This document shows positions 20,815 to 34,618 of a stretch of 56,239 nt of DNA, piece by piece (position 1 is the first letter of the stretch; the number at the start of each line of letters is the position of its first letter). The stretch spans positions 44,614,853 to 44,671,091 of the forward strand of contig NC_068998.1 of assembly GCF_001194135.2 (NCBI RefSeq), given 5' to 3'. Source of the stretch: Octopus bimaculoides (Eukaryota). The position numbers and the translations under genes are program-made. The notes under the pieces were generated by a model. The model did no database searches. It saw nothing but the letters and a program-made list of their open reading frames with translations, and was not told the DNA's origin.

Positions 20815-23105
20815 TGACCATAAAAGATTTATGAGTGTCTGAAATTATTTCACAAATTTGACATATATTCTTGTTGATGTCAACAGGAAATGTGTTGTAG
20901 CGTTTCTTATAGTTTCATAGTTGTAGGGGTTTCTAAAAAAAAATTAATAAATAAATAGATAAAAAGTAATATGTTGAGAGAGAAAGAGGGGGTATGGAGA
21001 GGTAGCGAAAGTGAGGGGTAAAAAGAGGGAAGAGAGAGGGGTGTGGGGTGCAAAGTAGTCATTAGATTTAAAATGTCACTGTCATCAATAAGAGGATAAG
21101 TAACTATCACAAATTATTCCTGATTTGTTTCTTCGATAAGAAGAACGATCTTTTAAGCAGCCAGAGGACATGTTATTATTGTATCATTTACAATATCTGT
21201 AATACAATGATAGAGAGAAAAATAGCAAAAACCAAAAAGAAAAAAAGAAAGAGAAAGGAAAAAGAAACGAAAACCTTTTAACCTAATCAAAGCTTTTAAG
21301 TCCGTATTTAATATCTGTCAGTCTCATCTAACAATGCATCTCAGCCATTAGTTCTTAGGCAGGATTGATGACTTAGATATAACATCATGTTAAGGGATTT
21401 TTGAGATGAATGCTCTTAAGAAAGGGAAAAAACTATATCATCATCATCATCCTCATTTAACATCCATATAAATAATAATAATGATGATAATAATAATAAT
21501 AATATTAATAATAATGATAATAATAATAATGATGATAATTGTAATAGTAATAACAGCAACAATTATAATAATTTCCATACTACCAATGTCTCACACAACC
21601 TATATTTTACATAATCATAACACGCAACGATATAACGCAACGCAACGCAACGCAACGTAACGTCACGTACTCTATACAATTACAGTCTGACAACCTCATA
21701 CATAACACAACTCACGCAACACGTATACTAAGTAATCATGCCACTCAATTACATAACACAGCACATACTCCACATCAGAGATGCTCACCCGTTTATAACT
21801 CAATGTTACGTTTACCTGGAATGCCCTGTTTGCATGTTCGAAAAACAAGAACGAAAGCAAAAATGGCAATTATTTTAATTTTGGCCCATGCTCTATTATA
21901 TGTTTTCATACCCATTCTCATCCAGTATGTACCTCTTTTGAGAGATTTGCATAGACAGGTCTACCCCTATGTTATATGGAAATTATGAAAAGCAACGATA
22001 TACCGGAATTATGTTAGATATTGATGCATCATCAGTCATGTTGCTTCAACTCTCTGATAACATTATGGCTTATTTATATTTTAATCCTGCTGAAGATTGT
22101 TTTATGTTAAAATATAAAGTGCAGGTGTGGCTATGTGGTAAGAAGTTTGATTCCTAACCACATGGCTCCAGGTTCAATTTCACTGTGTGGCACCATGGGC
22201 ATTGCAAGTAATTTCTTTCACATTTCTGAGATTGAATTCCTTGAGATCACCTTTGCTTGTCATCCCACCAAAAGTTTCTTGTGCCTGGCTCAATGTGATA
22301 AGTCATTAGTCAGCGTATTTACTTTTGGCTTTAATCTTATTTTGTGGTTCTTGAAAAATATTACAAATTAATGAACTGGTCTTATCAATTGTTGCAACAA
22401 GAATGTTGGAGTAGGTGTGGTGATAAATTGATTCATTATTCTCTTGTGAGTTTATTTTGGCTCTTTCTAAATTGGCAACAACATTAACAAGAATTGGAAA
22501 AAAAAAAAAGAAAATTCTTCATTGTTGGAAATGAAAAAGTGTTAGATATTGGTCTGTAATTATAATGGCAAAACAATTAGAGAACCCATATGAGATTATA
22601 GGAAATTGATTCATTTGTCAAATCATAGGTTCTGTCCCTAATCAAATAGGAATTGAGGTAGATGTGTGTTGTCTTCTCTTTCTCTTGAGCCTCAAATCAA
22701 TGGCTTGACTTCTAGGAAACAAGATTGCTTGTATTTCCATATCTTAGTGTTAATGCTTGTTGGGTAGTTAGTTGAAGACTGCTGACACTTCTATTTCATA
22801 ATGGTTTTCTATTCCTGTAAAGCAATTGTTTTCTTGGAGAGAATAGACAGAAGTTATTGGCATTTAGTGAATGCAGCGTAAATGAATCTTAACACCTTAT
22901 CTTCACTGACACAAAGAACTTACATACACACACTCACTACATATATATATGTATGCATGTATGTATGTATACTCAATTCCGCGTTCTTCTTACTACTGCC
23001 TAAATGGTCACGAGTGTTGAGAAACTCTGAATAACAATGGTATGAGATTACTGAATCTACTACCTATATTGAGTACACATTCTCTCATTTGTAATCCCAT
23101 GTATG

Positions 23106-23140
<35 letters not shown>

Positions 23141-23494
23141 GTGTGTGTTTACTAGGAATAAAGCCGTAAACAAAATTAAAATTACAATCATATTATTGGA
23201 AAGAAAATTTTCAACTTCACAGTGAAGCAAGGCCTTATGGTTAAAACATGGCTCTAAACAGCCAGGAAGAGAAACCTGATCATTTAATTTGCTTTGTTTC
23301 TTTAATAGGGCTCAGTCACAGTAATTGTTAAAATGCAATAGTTACTGCAACGCTACGGCTAATGTATCTACCTGCAGCATGAAGATAAAAAGACTTTTAT
23401 CAACTGTATGGTCATACACTGTTTCCTAGTTTCATTCAAGCAACATACACAACCAATTTTCACCATTTGTACATAAGCTAGGGTTTTTCTTTTA

Positions 23495-23823
23495 AATTTA
23501 AGACCCCTTTTTAGTTATGAATGACCATAGGATTGTACCTAGAAAGTTCGCTTTGAGGCACAAGTCTGAGCAAGGTTGTTTATCAAAGACCAGCAGTCGC
23601 CCATGCATACCAGCTTCCCTTCTCCGTGCCATCAATGTTATCCGAGGGAAAGGCAAAGTTGGCACCAGTGACATCACAACTCATTTCTGCAGCTGAGTGA
23701 TCTGGAGCGACATGAAATGAAGTGTCTTGCCCAAGAACGCAAAACACAGCCCAGTCCAGGAATTGAACTCACTACCTCATGATTGTGAGCCTGATGCTCT
23801 AGCCACTGAGCCATCTGCCTTCA
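23495..23823 (-). mobile_element. SINE family B
   Basis: Colinear with 7070-7416 (gaccagcagtcgcccatgcataccagc, ttatcc.agggaaaggcaaag, gtgtcttgcccaagaac). Confidence 0.9.
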
Positions 23824-25512
23824 GACCCTATTTACATTATTCATAAAAAGGAGGTTATTACTGCGTTCAACTACTTCGGGTGAATAAACAAGTCTGAGGA
23901 AGGGTTAACAAAAGTTTATGGTTACTGAAACATTGATACATATATATGAACAAAGGTAATACTTATTTGATTTTTTACTTGCTGGATTTGGTGGAAGGTG
24001 TAATGTTCTTGGCCTTTGCAGGCCCCTTTGAACCTAATGAAATGAATGCTATTAATGATTTTTCTTCAACACCTGGGAGGAAATTGCAGAAGAGTGACAT
24101 TCTGAGAAAAAATTAATGATCATAGTAGTTAGCATAGGGATTTGGACACCAGAATGGTGATGAGGGGAGGAGAAAGACAAATGGGATGGAAATGCTGTAG
24201 TTGAAGTGGTATGAGACCAGTAAGTTCAGAAGAGCAGAGGCTATTATAGTAGAGGCAGAAAAAGTAGAGAGAGAGAGAGAGAGAGAGAAGACATTCTGCC
24301 CATGGCCCAAAGGTTGAAGTGTGTCAGTTAGTGATTTTATATGAATCAGTCAGGTGACCCTTCATTTGAATGTGCCCTCAGATGTCTGTGTGTGTCCCAC
24401 GTGTGGCAGAAATACACCAATGTGCACCTCAATTGACCTTCATAGACTATCAATAATTGCTGAGTTATGAAATATCTTACAGCGCTAATGAGAAGAAGTC
24501 ATTGGGATGCTTTCCTTGCTACACTAAGTCTATACCAGGAACTACCTTTTCTCCAGGATTCACCAAGAGTGATCCTCAGTGATAACGAAGCCCAACATTT
24601 GGAATGATTGCAAAGGACCTAGCTGTGTGCTATCAATGTTTTCTTGATACAAGTAGCATTTGTATTTTCTGGGTCTGGCAGATATTGGCATACACGAGAA
24701 GCACCTAAATTATCGTTTCTTACATAGAAACAATCAAGATCCTTTGTTGTACTAAACATTTCAGAGTTTGTAAAAACTCATTCATTAAGCTTGTTATAGC
24801 CCACTATGTGATTATACTTTTTCTGGATTAAATCACCTAATAAAACAGGGCCATTGGATGCTCTAAGGCATGGAAGAGGAGGAAACTCAAGTTGCACCTG
24901 AATTACAATATTGATAACTGCGCTAGTGATAGCAATGTTTCAAATAATGGTAGTCGTAAACTAATGATGAGAGTTCTTCAATCATAACGATGAGATAGAT
25001 TATTAAAATGTTCATTAAAAATTGATGGTAATAATACCAGTAAAAACTCTAGTACTAAGTTTTCTGATAATAAAGGTGAGGATGTAAATCATAATTAATT
25101 AATCTTGGCAAAGGGGTTACCAGTAATGATAAAAAAAGATGATAATGATGATGATGATGATGTAGATGGTGATAAGGTTGATAAGGCAGATGATGTAGAA
25201 ATGGTGATGGCTGAACACTGGAGACGATAAGACCATATTTAAAGATCATATCATTAATGGTATAAAGAGGTAAATTATCATAGCTGCTAAAATGTATTTG
25301 AAGATTAACTAATAGATGGATAAGAGTAAGATAATGGGTTTACATATTTATCTACAGCTGTACACCAACAGTTTTGATGGTCTAAGGAACATTAATTCAC
25401 CCATTCGTATTTCTACATAGAAATATGTTAAAGAGTTTATTTATGAATGAGTATTTCAGCCTTTGTTGTCCCATATCTCACTTTGATTTTCAAAAACAAT
25501 GTATATCCTACC

Positions 25513-25925
25513 CTGGCCCCAGATTAAGACCCATCGAGGCCCTAAGCACTTAAAATATTTGGGTGCCTCCATATATATATGTAATTCAAACTATAATCAA
25601 TAATAAATCATAAAATAATTTTTTATTTTTCAAAATGAAACAAAACTAAGATGGAAAATTATATTTATTTTTGTATACATTCACTTTATTCATTTATGGA
25701 AAGTTTCCTCCTACTTTTCCTAAATTCCAAAGTCTTCCATCAGATTCTCACTATGACGCCATTAATACTTTGAAATTATATTTCCAATCAAATGAACTGC
25801 TTCAAGTATTATTTTAGCAAGCTTAAAGTGATTTCTTTTGTGCAGTAAAACCGTTTACCATTTCTGTGGTGCCCCACTTGCCTCGATGCCCTAAGAACAT
25901 GCTTATTTTGCTTAATTCAGCACTA
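25513..25925. mobile_element. hAT-like non-autonomous element with a transposase C-terminal trace
   Basis: Subterminal gaggccctaagcac / gatgccctaagaac; ends ccccagattaag / cttaattcagcact; minus strand EDFGI(frameshift)RKSRRKL resembles hAT C-termini. No TSD seen. Confidence 0.55.
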
Positions 25926-28182
25926 TTTATACTATGAACAGACAAAGTTATTACATGGCATTACATAGATAAAGCATAAAATATGGGTGCTGTAGATAGA
26001 TTTATTATTCCATATGACTTCTCTATGTTTATAGCTGTTTTAAACCTTCATGTAATAAGCTGAACTATTCACATAAACATGATGTGCTGGTGATCTTCCG
26101 AGCTAGCTTTTTTTATGAATATACAACAGCATTTTAGAATGCTGAGCACACATATTAATGAGAACATGTACATATAATTTCTCGCATACTGAAATTAATA
26201 CTACATAAAGAGGTTTATGAAACAGCTGTAATCATATAGCTAAACAGATTTATCTGCAGCTCTCACACCTCCTGATTTTATACTTGAAGTCAATCATTGG
26301 TGGATTATAGTGCTTACAGAGATTATGTGGTACAAAATACCTAGTTATGTCTGTCATAGTAGCTGACCAACAGGGGGTGATGTTGTTTAACCCACTGCCT
26401 GCCATGAGCCCCATTTGGGGATCTGCTAAAAACAGTCTCACCACCATTTGCTTGTTGTATTTAAAGTGCATTACTTATGTACATTGCATTTGAATAAATG
26501 TGTTTAACAATATTTAACAGTTAAAGTTTTTCATTATTAGCTTTGGCTAATTCTGCAGGACATTTTATGTCATAAATCTCAATATTTGAACTACAAAAAT
26601 ATTGACTGCTATGAAAACGGTTTTTTTTTTGTTTTTTGTTTTTTTTTTACATTTCCCATCCATATCATTCATTGATATTTCACACACATTTGCATTAGAT
26701 ACTATAGTTTCAAAAAAGCTAAAATGTGTATTATTATCATTGAATACAAAAAGGATAAATATTCTTCTTTTTTTTTTTCAGCAATCCCCATTTGGGACTT
26801 TTCAAAAAATTCATCATAATTTCCAAAATAATTCACATATGAAGAAAATTTAATACTATATATTATTTTAACTCCTAAGATACTTGGCAAAGCCAAAAAG
26901 TATGAATAAAAAAATTTGATAGTTAATGAGTTAAAGAGAGTGATATAATACCAAATGTTGAGTCATGCACGTGTTTGAGAGATACTGATATTAGTTGTTA
27001 AAGGTAGTCATCTAACTGAAGAAGAAAGTGGAATGTGTGTGTGTTGTAAGGAGCAAGTTAGATACAACAGAGGAAGTGTTGGTTTAGATGTTTGTAGTTA
27101 GATTAGTTTAGGGTAATTTCCAATCATTGGTAGTACTCAAAGATAAGTTCAGGGCAAAATCAAAGTTTGGGTTTGATGCATAAGCACCCTGATGCCTATG
27201 GTTAGATCCAGGGAGAGATAATGATATCAATAAGGCCTTCTTAGAACAACGACCAGTTGGTATCTCATTCCTGTGTCATTCTGCACTGTTTTCACGTATC
27301 ATCAAGGAAGGTAAAACTTGAATCTTTCTTCTTTATGGAAGAAGGATTTTGTCTAATGTCAGAAACTCTTATTCTAACAACATAGAAACTTTTAATACCT
27401 TGTAAATTTCAAGAAATATTTAACCTTCACCAATGAATACACATTTTGTTAAGAGTGACCATTTCTCATCTTTTAGGATTAGAACGTTTTGGGGTTTTTT
27501 CTTGTTTTGTTTTTCTTTTATCAGAATTGTATGCATTTAATAATAAATGGAAATTGGTTAACTTGAAATAATAGTCATATAGATCTGGAAAGACCTTTAG
27601 CCAGCAGTGGGAGAGCAGTGATTAATATCATTGATAGATGTGTCTGTTAGTATCATTGTGCAGAAGCATTAGTTTTAAAAACACTTTTGTGGCATTCATA
27701 ATACAAGGGTCTGTTTGATATCTAATTATCTGTCTGTCTGTCTGTATACATATATATATATATATATTTGTGTGTGTATATATATGTGTGTGTATTTACA
27801 CACACACACACGCACAATTGCATTGAGGAAAATCCATCTTATTTGAAAACAGAAAATCTATTATATTTACTTCTCATTCATTCCTTAAGGTGTCAACATT
27901 TTCATTGCACATCTATGACCCACAACTGACATCATTACAATATAACCGTTATAGTAATAGCATCAGTGACCAGAACACAGATTTGCAAAGAAAATTTAAT
28001 TTCAACTTGTCAAGGGATAATGCAAAAGTAGATGTAACATAATTTGTGTGTTTTTAAATGGCAATGATGGATTTTCTATAATGTGCTTGTATACGTTTGT
28101 GTCTTTGTGTGTGTATGTGTGTGTGTATGTGTGTGTGTATATATACAAACATATATGTATATATATATATATNNNNNNNNNN

Positions 28183-28214
<32 letters not shown>

Positions 28215-30050
28215 ATATATATATATATATGTATATATATATAGTGATAGATAGATATTTACATATTTATATACATACATATAATATATGTATATATTGT
28301 TTTACCAATTAAGGAGAAATTGTTCACCATAGATTTAATAGCATACACAGAACCTTCATGACACTTATGAATATGATCTCTCAATCTCCTTGAAGAAGCA
28401 GTCAAATCTTTATAGCATCATACCCCACACTGTTAAAAGGGGGGAAAACACATTATATGTTTGTGCATATTGCTTCACACACACACAAAAAAATTTAATA
28501 AATAGGATGACCATGGCTTAAACACTTTTGATCATAGGTCTACTTAAGTGAGGGCTGATTAAAGGCAAAGCAACATGAAACATTGTTAAGTTGTTTCAAA
28601 TGTATAGAAAACAAAAGACAATGGCAGGTGATAGAACAACAAGCCGGTGTATTAGTTTGACACTTGGGAAGAATGGAATTGTCTTTGACATTTTGCACCT
28701 ATGCCCTTCAACAGAAAGGGATAAGAGGAGAATAAAATGGAGACAGAAAAAATGTGTCGGGATTAACAGTTCACACAGACGTGTATGTTGTTGTTCACTC
28801 TTTATTTCCAAAGCTGACCAAGACTTTAACTCTTAGACACTGTGACAACAAAAGATGTAACTATGCTGGTGACTGAAGATTCACGACTGCTCTTACTTAT
28901 GCAGTACCACAAACAGCAATATATTATTGTTGCTGGTGCATATGAGTGTGTAAGATACTCTGAACACGACAATAAAAGTTCCACCCTCAGTGTTTGAATA
29001 AATCAGAATCCTTACTTCTATAATAGAACTTGGATTATAGCTGGAGAAGGTTGTACAGGATGACCAGCCTTACATTTTTGTTCCTTACTTCTTGGACCAG
29101 TGGTAAGACTGCCAAGATAATTGGAACAATATCAGGTATGCAGTAGGATGACCAGTGTTGGCTATGTTTTTCCCCTCTCTGTGCTCTGAAGTATCTATCT
29201 AACAGCAACATTGTCAAATATCACTCTTCTATCCAGTGAATCTAAACTATCAGTAGATCTCCTCCATGTAAGCCACTGAAAATCCTGTCTTCAAATGCAT
29301 CTGAATCATGCATGTATATGCAATAATGGATGGCTGGTCGCCTCTTTATCAATCCATTGAGTTTCTGTTTGTTTCTTTTTGTTTTGTTTCGTTTTTGTTC
29401 TTAATTCCACAGGAGTTCAAAACTTACCTTCATCACCCAGCAGACTTGATGGCAGGGTTGTTGGCTCAGTATTTGATAACCCACCCATGCAACAGGTTGC
29501 ACTGGGTTAGATGTTACCAAAAAAAGCTCAAGACTCACCTGATATAATCTACACACACACACACACACACACATACACACACTCTAGTAATTCCCAAACT
29601 GTGCCTTTAATAATTGAGGACATTAATGTTACTACAAGTAGTTAAAAATTAGTAATCAACTAGATTTACTAAGATTTATAAAAGCCAAATAGGAAGGGGT
29701 CGTCTGCTGTTTGCAGCTCATGTCATTGCCACTATTATTGTTGTTGCTGTTGTTGTTGTTAAAGCAATATTAGTTTCTATCCTTAGTGAGGTGGAATAAA
29801 GTTATTAGACTACTGAGAATCAATTGAGGAATTCTTGATTGTATGAGAGTATTTACCATAATTGTCGAACAACATCTGCTGATGGAACTATTCAATAGAC
29901 ACAAAAGAATCTTTGTGAGTTAATAATGGTTTANNNNNNNNNNNNNNNNNNNNNNNNNNNNNNNNNNNNNNNNNNNNNNNNNNNNNNNNNNNNNNNTATA
30001 TATGTCCATACTTTCTCTTACCCCCTCTCTCTCTCTCTTGCTCTCTCTCC

Positions 30051-30081
<31 letters not shown>

Positions 30082-30533
30082 TATATATATCAACATGTAC
30101 ACACATGCACACACATATAGGTGAGCAAATATGAATTAAGAAGTCATTCAGCCATCTTTTTTCTTTTCTTTTTTTTTGCTTTCATTTTTTCCAGTTCTGT
30201 TATTTGATTTCGCTCATTGGACAGTGGCTATGCTGAGGCACCAACTTAAAGAGTTTGTTTAGGTGATGTCTATCACAGTACTTCATTCAGTCTGGAACTT
30301 GTTTTATTATTCTCAACCAAGACACAGCATAAACACACTCAACACAACCCACACAACACATGCATACACTAGGTCAAAAGACTATCTGCATTCCTTACAT
30401 TTTACCTTTGTCCTATAGTTTTGTTTTTTATTTTTTTTTTGTCTCTTATCTTTCTGCTCTGTAATTTTTATGAGTTACGTCTGGTTTCATCTTTAGTTTG
30501 TATTGTTCTGTACTCACATGTGTGTTTGTATGA

Positions 30534-30534
<1 letters not shown>

Positions 30535-30622
<88 letters not shown>

Positions 30623-30630
30623 TGTGTGTA
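30535..30630. repeat. (GT)n microsatellite
   Basis: About 40 near-perfect GT units. Confidence 0.95.
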
Positions 30631-30984
30631 TGCAGAAGTCATATTTATATACTGTAGCAATATAATATGAAGACTATAATTGGCACCAGCTGTTCCTCAT
30701 TACCCATTAGTATGGTTTTACAACACTTTCCAACCAAATTATTTGACCCTTTCTTGGCCAAATTTTTCATATTAATTTCTATGAGTTTTACAACTTTGAA
30801 AATAATCAAGAATTTTTGCCTTCGCCATTTTTATGATAGAACATTTTAGAACATAACATTAAAAAAGTTAGCAATTATAGCTTAACAATCATATTTGTAT
30901 TGGTCACCCACTCTGAAAATCTATTGTAAGAGACCACAGACACAGGGGCCCAATTGTGCTTCGACATCCACCTTTACCATTGCC

Positions 30985-31102
30985 AGCCATGTCTTCAATT
31001 GTCTTCCAGTGGTATCTCATTCATCTTTACATTCTGAGTTCAAATTCCGCCAAGGTCAGCTTTGCCTTTCCTTCTTTCAGGGTTGATAAAATAAGTACCA
31101 GA
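30985..31102 (+). mobile_element. SINE family D fragment
   Basis: catctttacattctgagttcaaattccgccaaggtcagctttgcctttc..gggttgataaaataagtacc. Confidence 0.8.
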
Positions 31103-31432
31103 TGATCAACATTAATCTATAAATATGCTAGTAATGGCCAGAAAGTAAACAACTGCATGTTGAGCAGTTTCATTATTCTGTAAATCTGATTAACAGCCCT
31201 TCTGTATCTGTAAAGTTTACCTTGAACAGTTTTTGCTCTCTACAATGAATAGCACTGCTAAACTAGGGATTTCTGCAAGTTATCCATTGATCACCAGATT
31301 GAAAGTCTCCTTGAACAGACAAGTTGATATTCATCAGTGTTCAAATTTACTTGTAAATGTCAACAATCTTCCACACTGCTAGTCCTCTACAGTATGTTAA
31401 CATTGAAGTCCTAACAGCTGTGTTATCTAACT

Positions 31433-31672
31433 CAGGGGTTTTCAACCATCTTTTGCCTATGGACCCCTTTGATTGCTATTTTAATCAGGGAAGGGGAAAC
31501 CTTATAGTCATTTACTGTCCAAAAATCCTTATTATATCTTTATGATTAAATATAACTAGGAATTGTATAAAAAAAAGGTTTAAATATTTTGTTGAATTGT
31601 AGAAATACAACCAAATTTATTGCACATAAATTTTAACAATAAAATATTTAATGGATCCCGATTCTGACTGAC
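31433..31672. mobile_element. hAT/Charlie-like MITE, right end eroded
   Basis: Starts CAGGGGTTTTCAACC (Charlie-type terminus) followed by atggacccc; degenerate atggatccc near the end. Confidence 0.5.
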
Positions 31673-31903
31673 CGAGAAGTGGGAGAGCTGTTAGTGCTTG
31701 GCCACTAAGGGTCAGATGCCCAGTCTTGGCTTTTGCTTAAGATGTATTGTGGAAGAATCTTGACTGATAAAAGACAACTACACTTGCTCACCATCCAGGT
31801 AACTTTGCAGACATAGCAACTTCAGTATATATAGATGTATGTATATCTACAAATCACATACCTCAGTATGAGCTCTCTAAACAGAGGGTGTTGGCTGCAA
31901 ATA

Positions 31904-32101
31904 TACAGGTGCTTCTGTAAACATTACAAAATAATAGAGTTTCTATTAATAATAATAATAATAATAACAATAACAATACAGGTGTTTCTGTAAACATTAC
32001 ATGATAATAGAGTTTCTAATAATAAATAGTAATAGTTTAAAATAATAACAATAATAATGATGATGATAATAATAATAATAATAATAATACAGGTGTTTCT
32101 A
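31904..32101. repeat. Tandem duplication with (AAT)n spacers
   Basis: tacaggtg(c/t)ttctgtaaacattaca..ataatagagtttcta at about 31904 and 31977, and a partial tacaggtgtttcta at 32088. Confidence 0.85.
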
Positions 32102-32742
32102 GAAGCTTTCATTGAACAATCACTTTTGTTATTGGTATCAATTTCTTTCTCTTTGAGATTTTCGTCCTGCAGCAATATATATCCAATGTTTACATAGGCA
32201 AGATCAGATGATGGCTTTTTCATGAGATGAAGGTCATCAATTGTTACTCTTTGTGTTTTGCTTCTTTCTTGCTTCCTCTCTCTCTTTCTTTCTATCTTTC
32301 TTTCTAAATGTGTTAGGTTCTAACCAAAATAAAGAATATTGCTTTTGTTAAAGCTAAACCGTACAATAGTTCTACGTTGTAATGGTTTGATGTTGTAGTA
32401 CCTATAGCCACCTGCTCGGTTCTGATTATGTTTGTGAGATGGTTCACACCACTCAATTGAAATCTCGAGTTTGGATTGCCCCTGACTGTGATAGAAAAAT
32501 TAAAAAAAAAAAAAAAGATTGCTCTTTAGCCCCTGGTGAGTCCATATTGAGAAAATCTATGATTTAAGACATTCCAGTTATGATTATCTTGTCTTTATTT
32601 AAAGTGTAGTGTAAAACTATAATGATCTTCAATGCTCAGTTCTGTTTTAATATGGGAAGGTATGATTTGAGGGTGATTTGGCTGCTATATCTTACATTCA
32701 AGCCACCCTTTTTGGTTTGAAATTACTGTTGCTCTAGTTTAG

Positions 32743-32953
32743 CCCTTTAGCATTTAGACAATCCTATCAAACTAATGTTTATTTGCTCACCTTGCTTTGA
32801 ATTAATTATACAATATCTCATAGCCTTGAGTTTATGATAATGGGATTGCTTATTATTAGAAAGTCATGGTAGGGGAAGTGCAAGAGGCTGGATCTGGCCA
32901 GTTTGAATATAAAACAGGCAAAAATTTAGTCCAGACATGGCTAGTTTAAAGGA
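32743..32953. mobile_element. piggyBac-type MITE family F1
   Basis: TTAG-CCCTTTAGCATTT ... AAAGGA-TTAA; body similar to 7927-8142. Confidence 0.7.
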
Positions 32954-33041
32954 TTAAACTCAGCTCAGACTATGCAAGCAGATATCTGAGATCAAACACA
33001 TTCTAGCCATGACCATCCTGTCTTATTAATAAGGACAGCAA

Positions 33042-33450
33042 GGTAGCAAGCTGGCAGAATCATTAGCATGCCGGACAAAATGCTTAGCAGCATTTTGTTC
33101 ATCTTTACATTCTGAGTTCAAATTCTGCTAAGGTCAGCTTTGTCTTTCAGGGTTGATAAAAATAAGTACCAGTTATATACTGTGGTTGATGTAATCAACT
33201 TAACTCCTCCACCGAAATTGCTGGCCTTGAGCCAAGATTTGAAATCATTAATAACAACAGTGGATTGGCAGAAACATTAATGTCAGTCAAAAATGCCTTA
33301 CAGTATTTGTTCTGAGTTCAAATCCTGCTCATTTCCTCTTGACTGTCTAGCTTTCCAGTATCAATAAAATAAAATGCCAGTCATGCATTGGGGCCAATTT
33401 AATCAGCTCAGCCATCATCCCAATTTTCTAGTCTTGTGTGTATATTAGTA
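33042..33450 (+). mobile_element. Two adjacent SINE family D copies
   Basis: 33042-33245 near full length; 33262-33450 degraded (ggcagaaacatta, ttctgagttcaaatcc, aataaaat..gccagt). Confidence 0.8.
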
Positions 33451-33964
33451 ACAGTTATTATAACCAACATTATTGCTTTATTTGTTCTTGTTAACATTAT
33501 GTTAAAACATTAAAATAAAAAACAATAAAATATGAAATACCTAAAGCAATTGGATATTAAATTTTCTAGGAATATTCCGACAGCTAGTTAGTAGCCAAGT
33601 ATTTGGTTTATAGCAAATAGGTGATATAAAAGTACCTTCATTTATGGCTTCTTAACAAGCTCTCAAGCTACACCCATTTGTTCTATTTGTTGTTGTTGTT
33701 GTTGTTGAGGTTGTTGTTGTAGAGGTAAAATATAACAGACGGATGCTGTATTTATTTCAATAAAAACACACCTTCAAGAAATGGCAACTTCCAGAAGAAA
33801 TCAAGAAGATGCTAAAACGTCTGGAGAAATGGTATATTTTACACACTTTGAAATATTTCACATTTGTATATCTTGTGACTGCCCCCCCTTCCCCCACACA
33901 CAATCATCGTCACCACCATCTCTTCCCCCTCCTCCTCCTCCTTTTTTTCACTTTTTAGGAGATG

Positions 33965-34310
33965 TAATGACTAGTAGTGGTCATCATTGTGGTGGTGGTG
34001 GTGGTAGAGTTAGGGGTGGTGGTGGTAGTGGTGATGGTTGTGTGGTAATGGGGGTGGGGATGATAGTGTTGTTGGTGATGGTGATGATAATAGTGCTAGT
34101 GATGGTGGTAGTAAGATTGGTAGTGTTTGTGTGATGGTAGTGGAGGTGGTAGTGCTGGTGGTGGTATTAGTGTGTTGGTCATAATCGAACTTATTGGTTG
34201 TGATTTTGTTGTTGGATGTATTGGTATTGGTGTACTGGTTGTGGTCTTCACTCAGGTGATTGTTGTTGTTATTATTATTATTACTACTACTACTGCTGCT
34301 GCTGCCGCTA
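33965..34310. repeat. (GGT)/(GAT)/(ATT) low-complexity tract
   Basis: The source of the Gly/Val/Ile-rich ORFs 33781..34134 and 34127..34321. Confidence 0.85.
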
Positions 34311-34445
34311 CTTTTACCTGATTATAAAAATACCTGTTAAGTTTCTATTTAAAAGTATTTAGTCTGCCTGGAAATGTAATGATACGACTGACATATGCAG
34401 AGTGATTTACATGTATGTACATTTATTTATGTATGTGCATGTGTG

Positions 34446-34503
<58 letters not shown>

Positions 34504-34537
34504 CACACTCAAACATACCTATCTACATAGACATACA

Positions 34538-34568
<31 letters not shown>

Positions 34569-34618
34569 CGCACGCACACACACACACACACACATACACA
34601 TACACACACACATATACC

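Noticed and set aside
23346-23371. Peptide YISRSVA matching the STT3 motif PGYISRSVAGSYDNE
   Set aside because: The following GSYDNEG is absent (reads VTIAF*), so this is treated as a coincidental 7-residue match.
31904-32101. CRISPR-like repeat-spacer appearance
   Set aside because: Eukaryotic context, spacers are (AAT)n, fewer than three full repeats, and no cas genes.
33781-33831. Possible start exon MATSRRNQEDAKTSGEM|gtatat
   Set aside because: Weak donor, no homology, and the ORF continues into low-complexity sequence.
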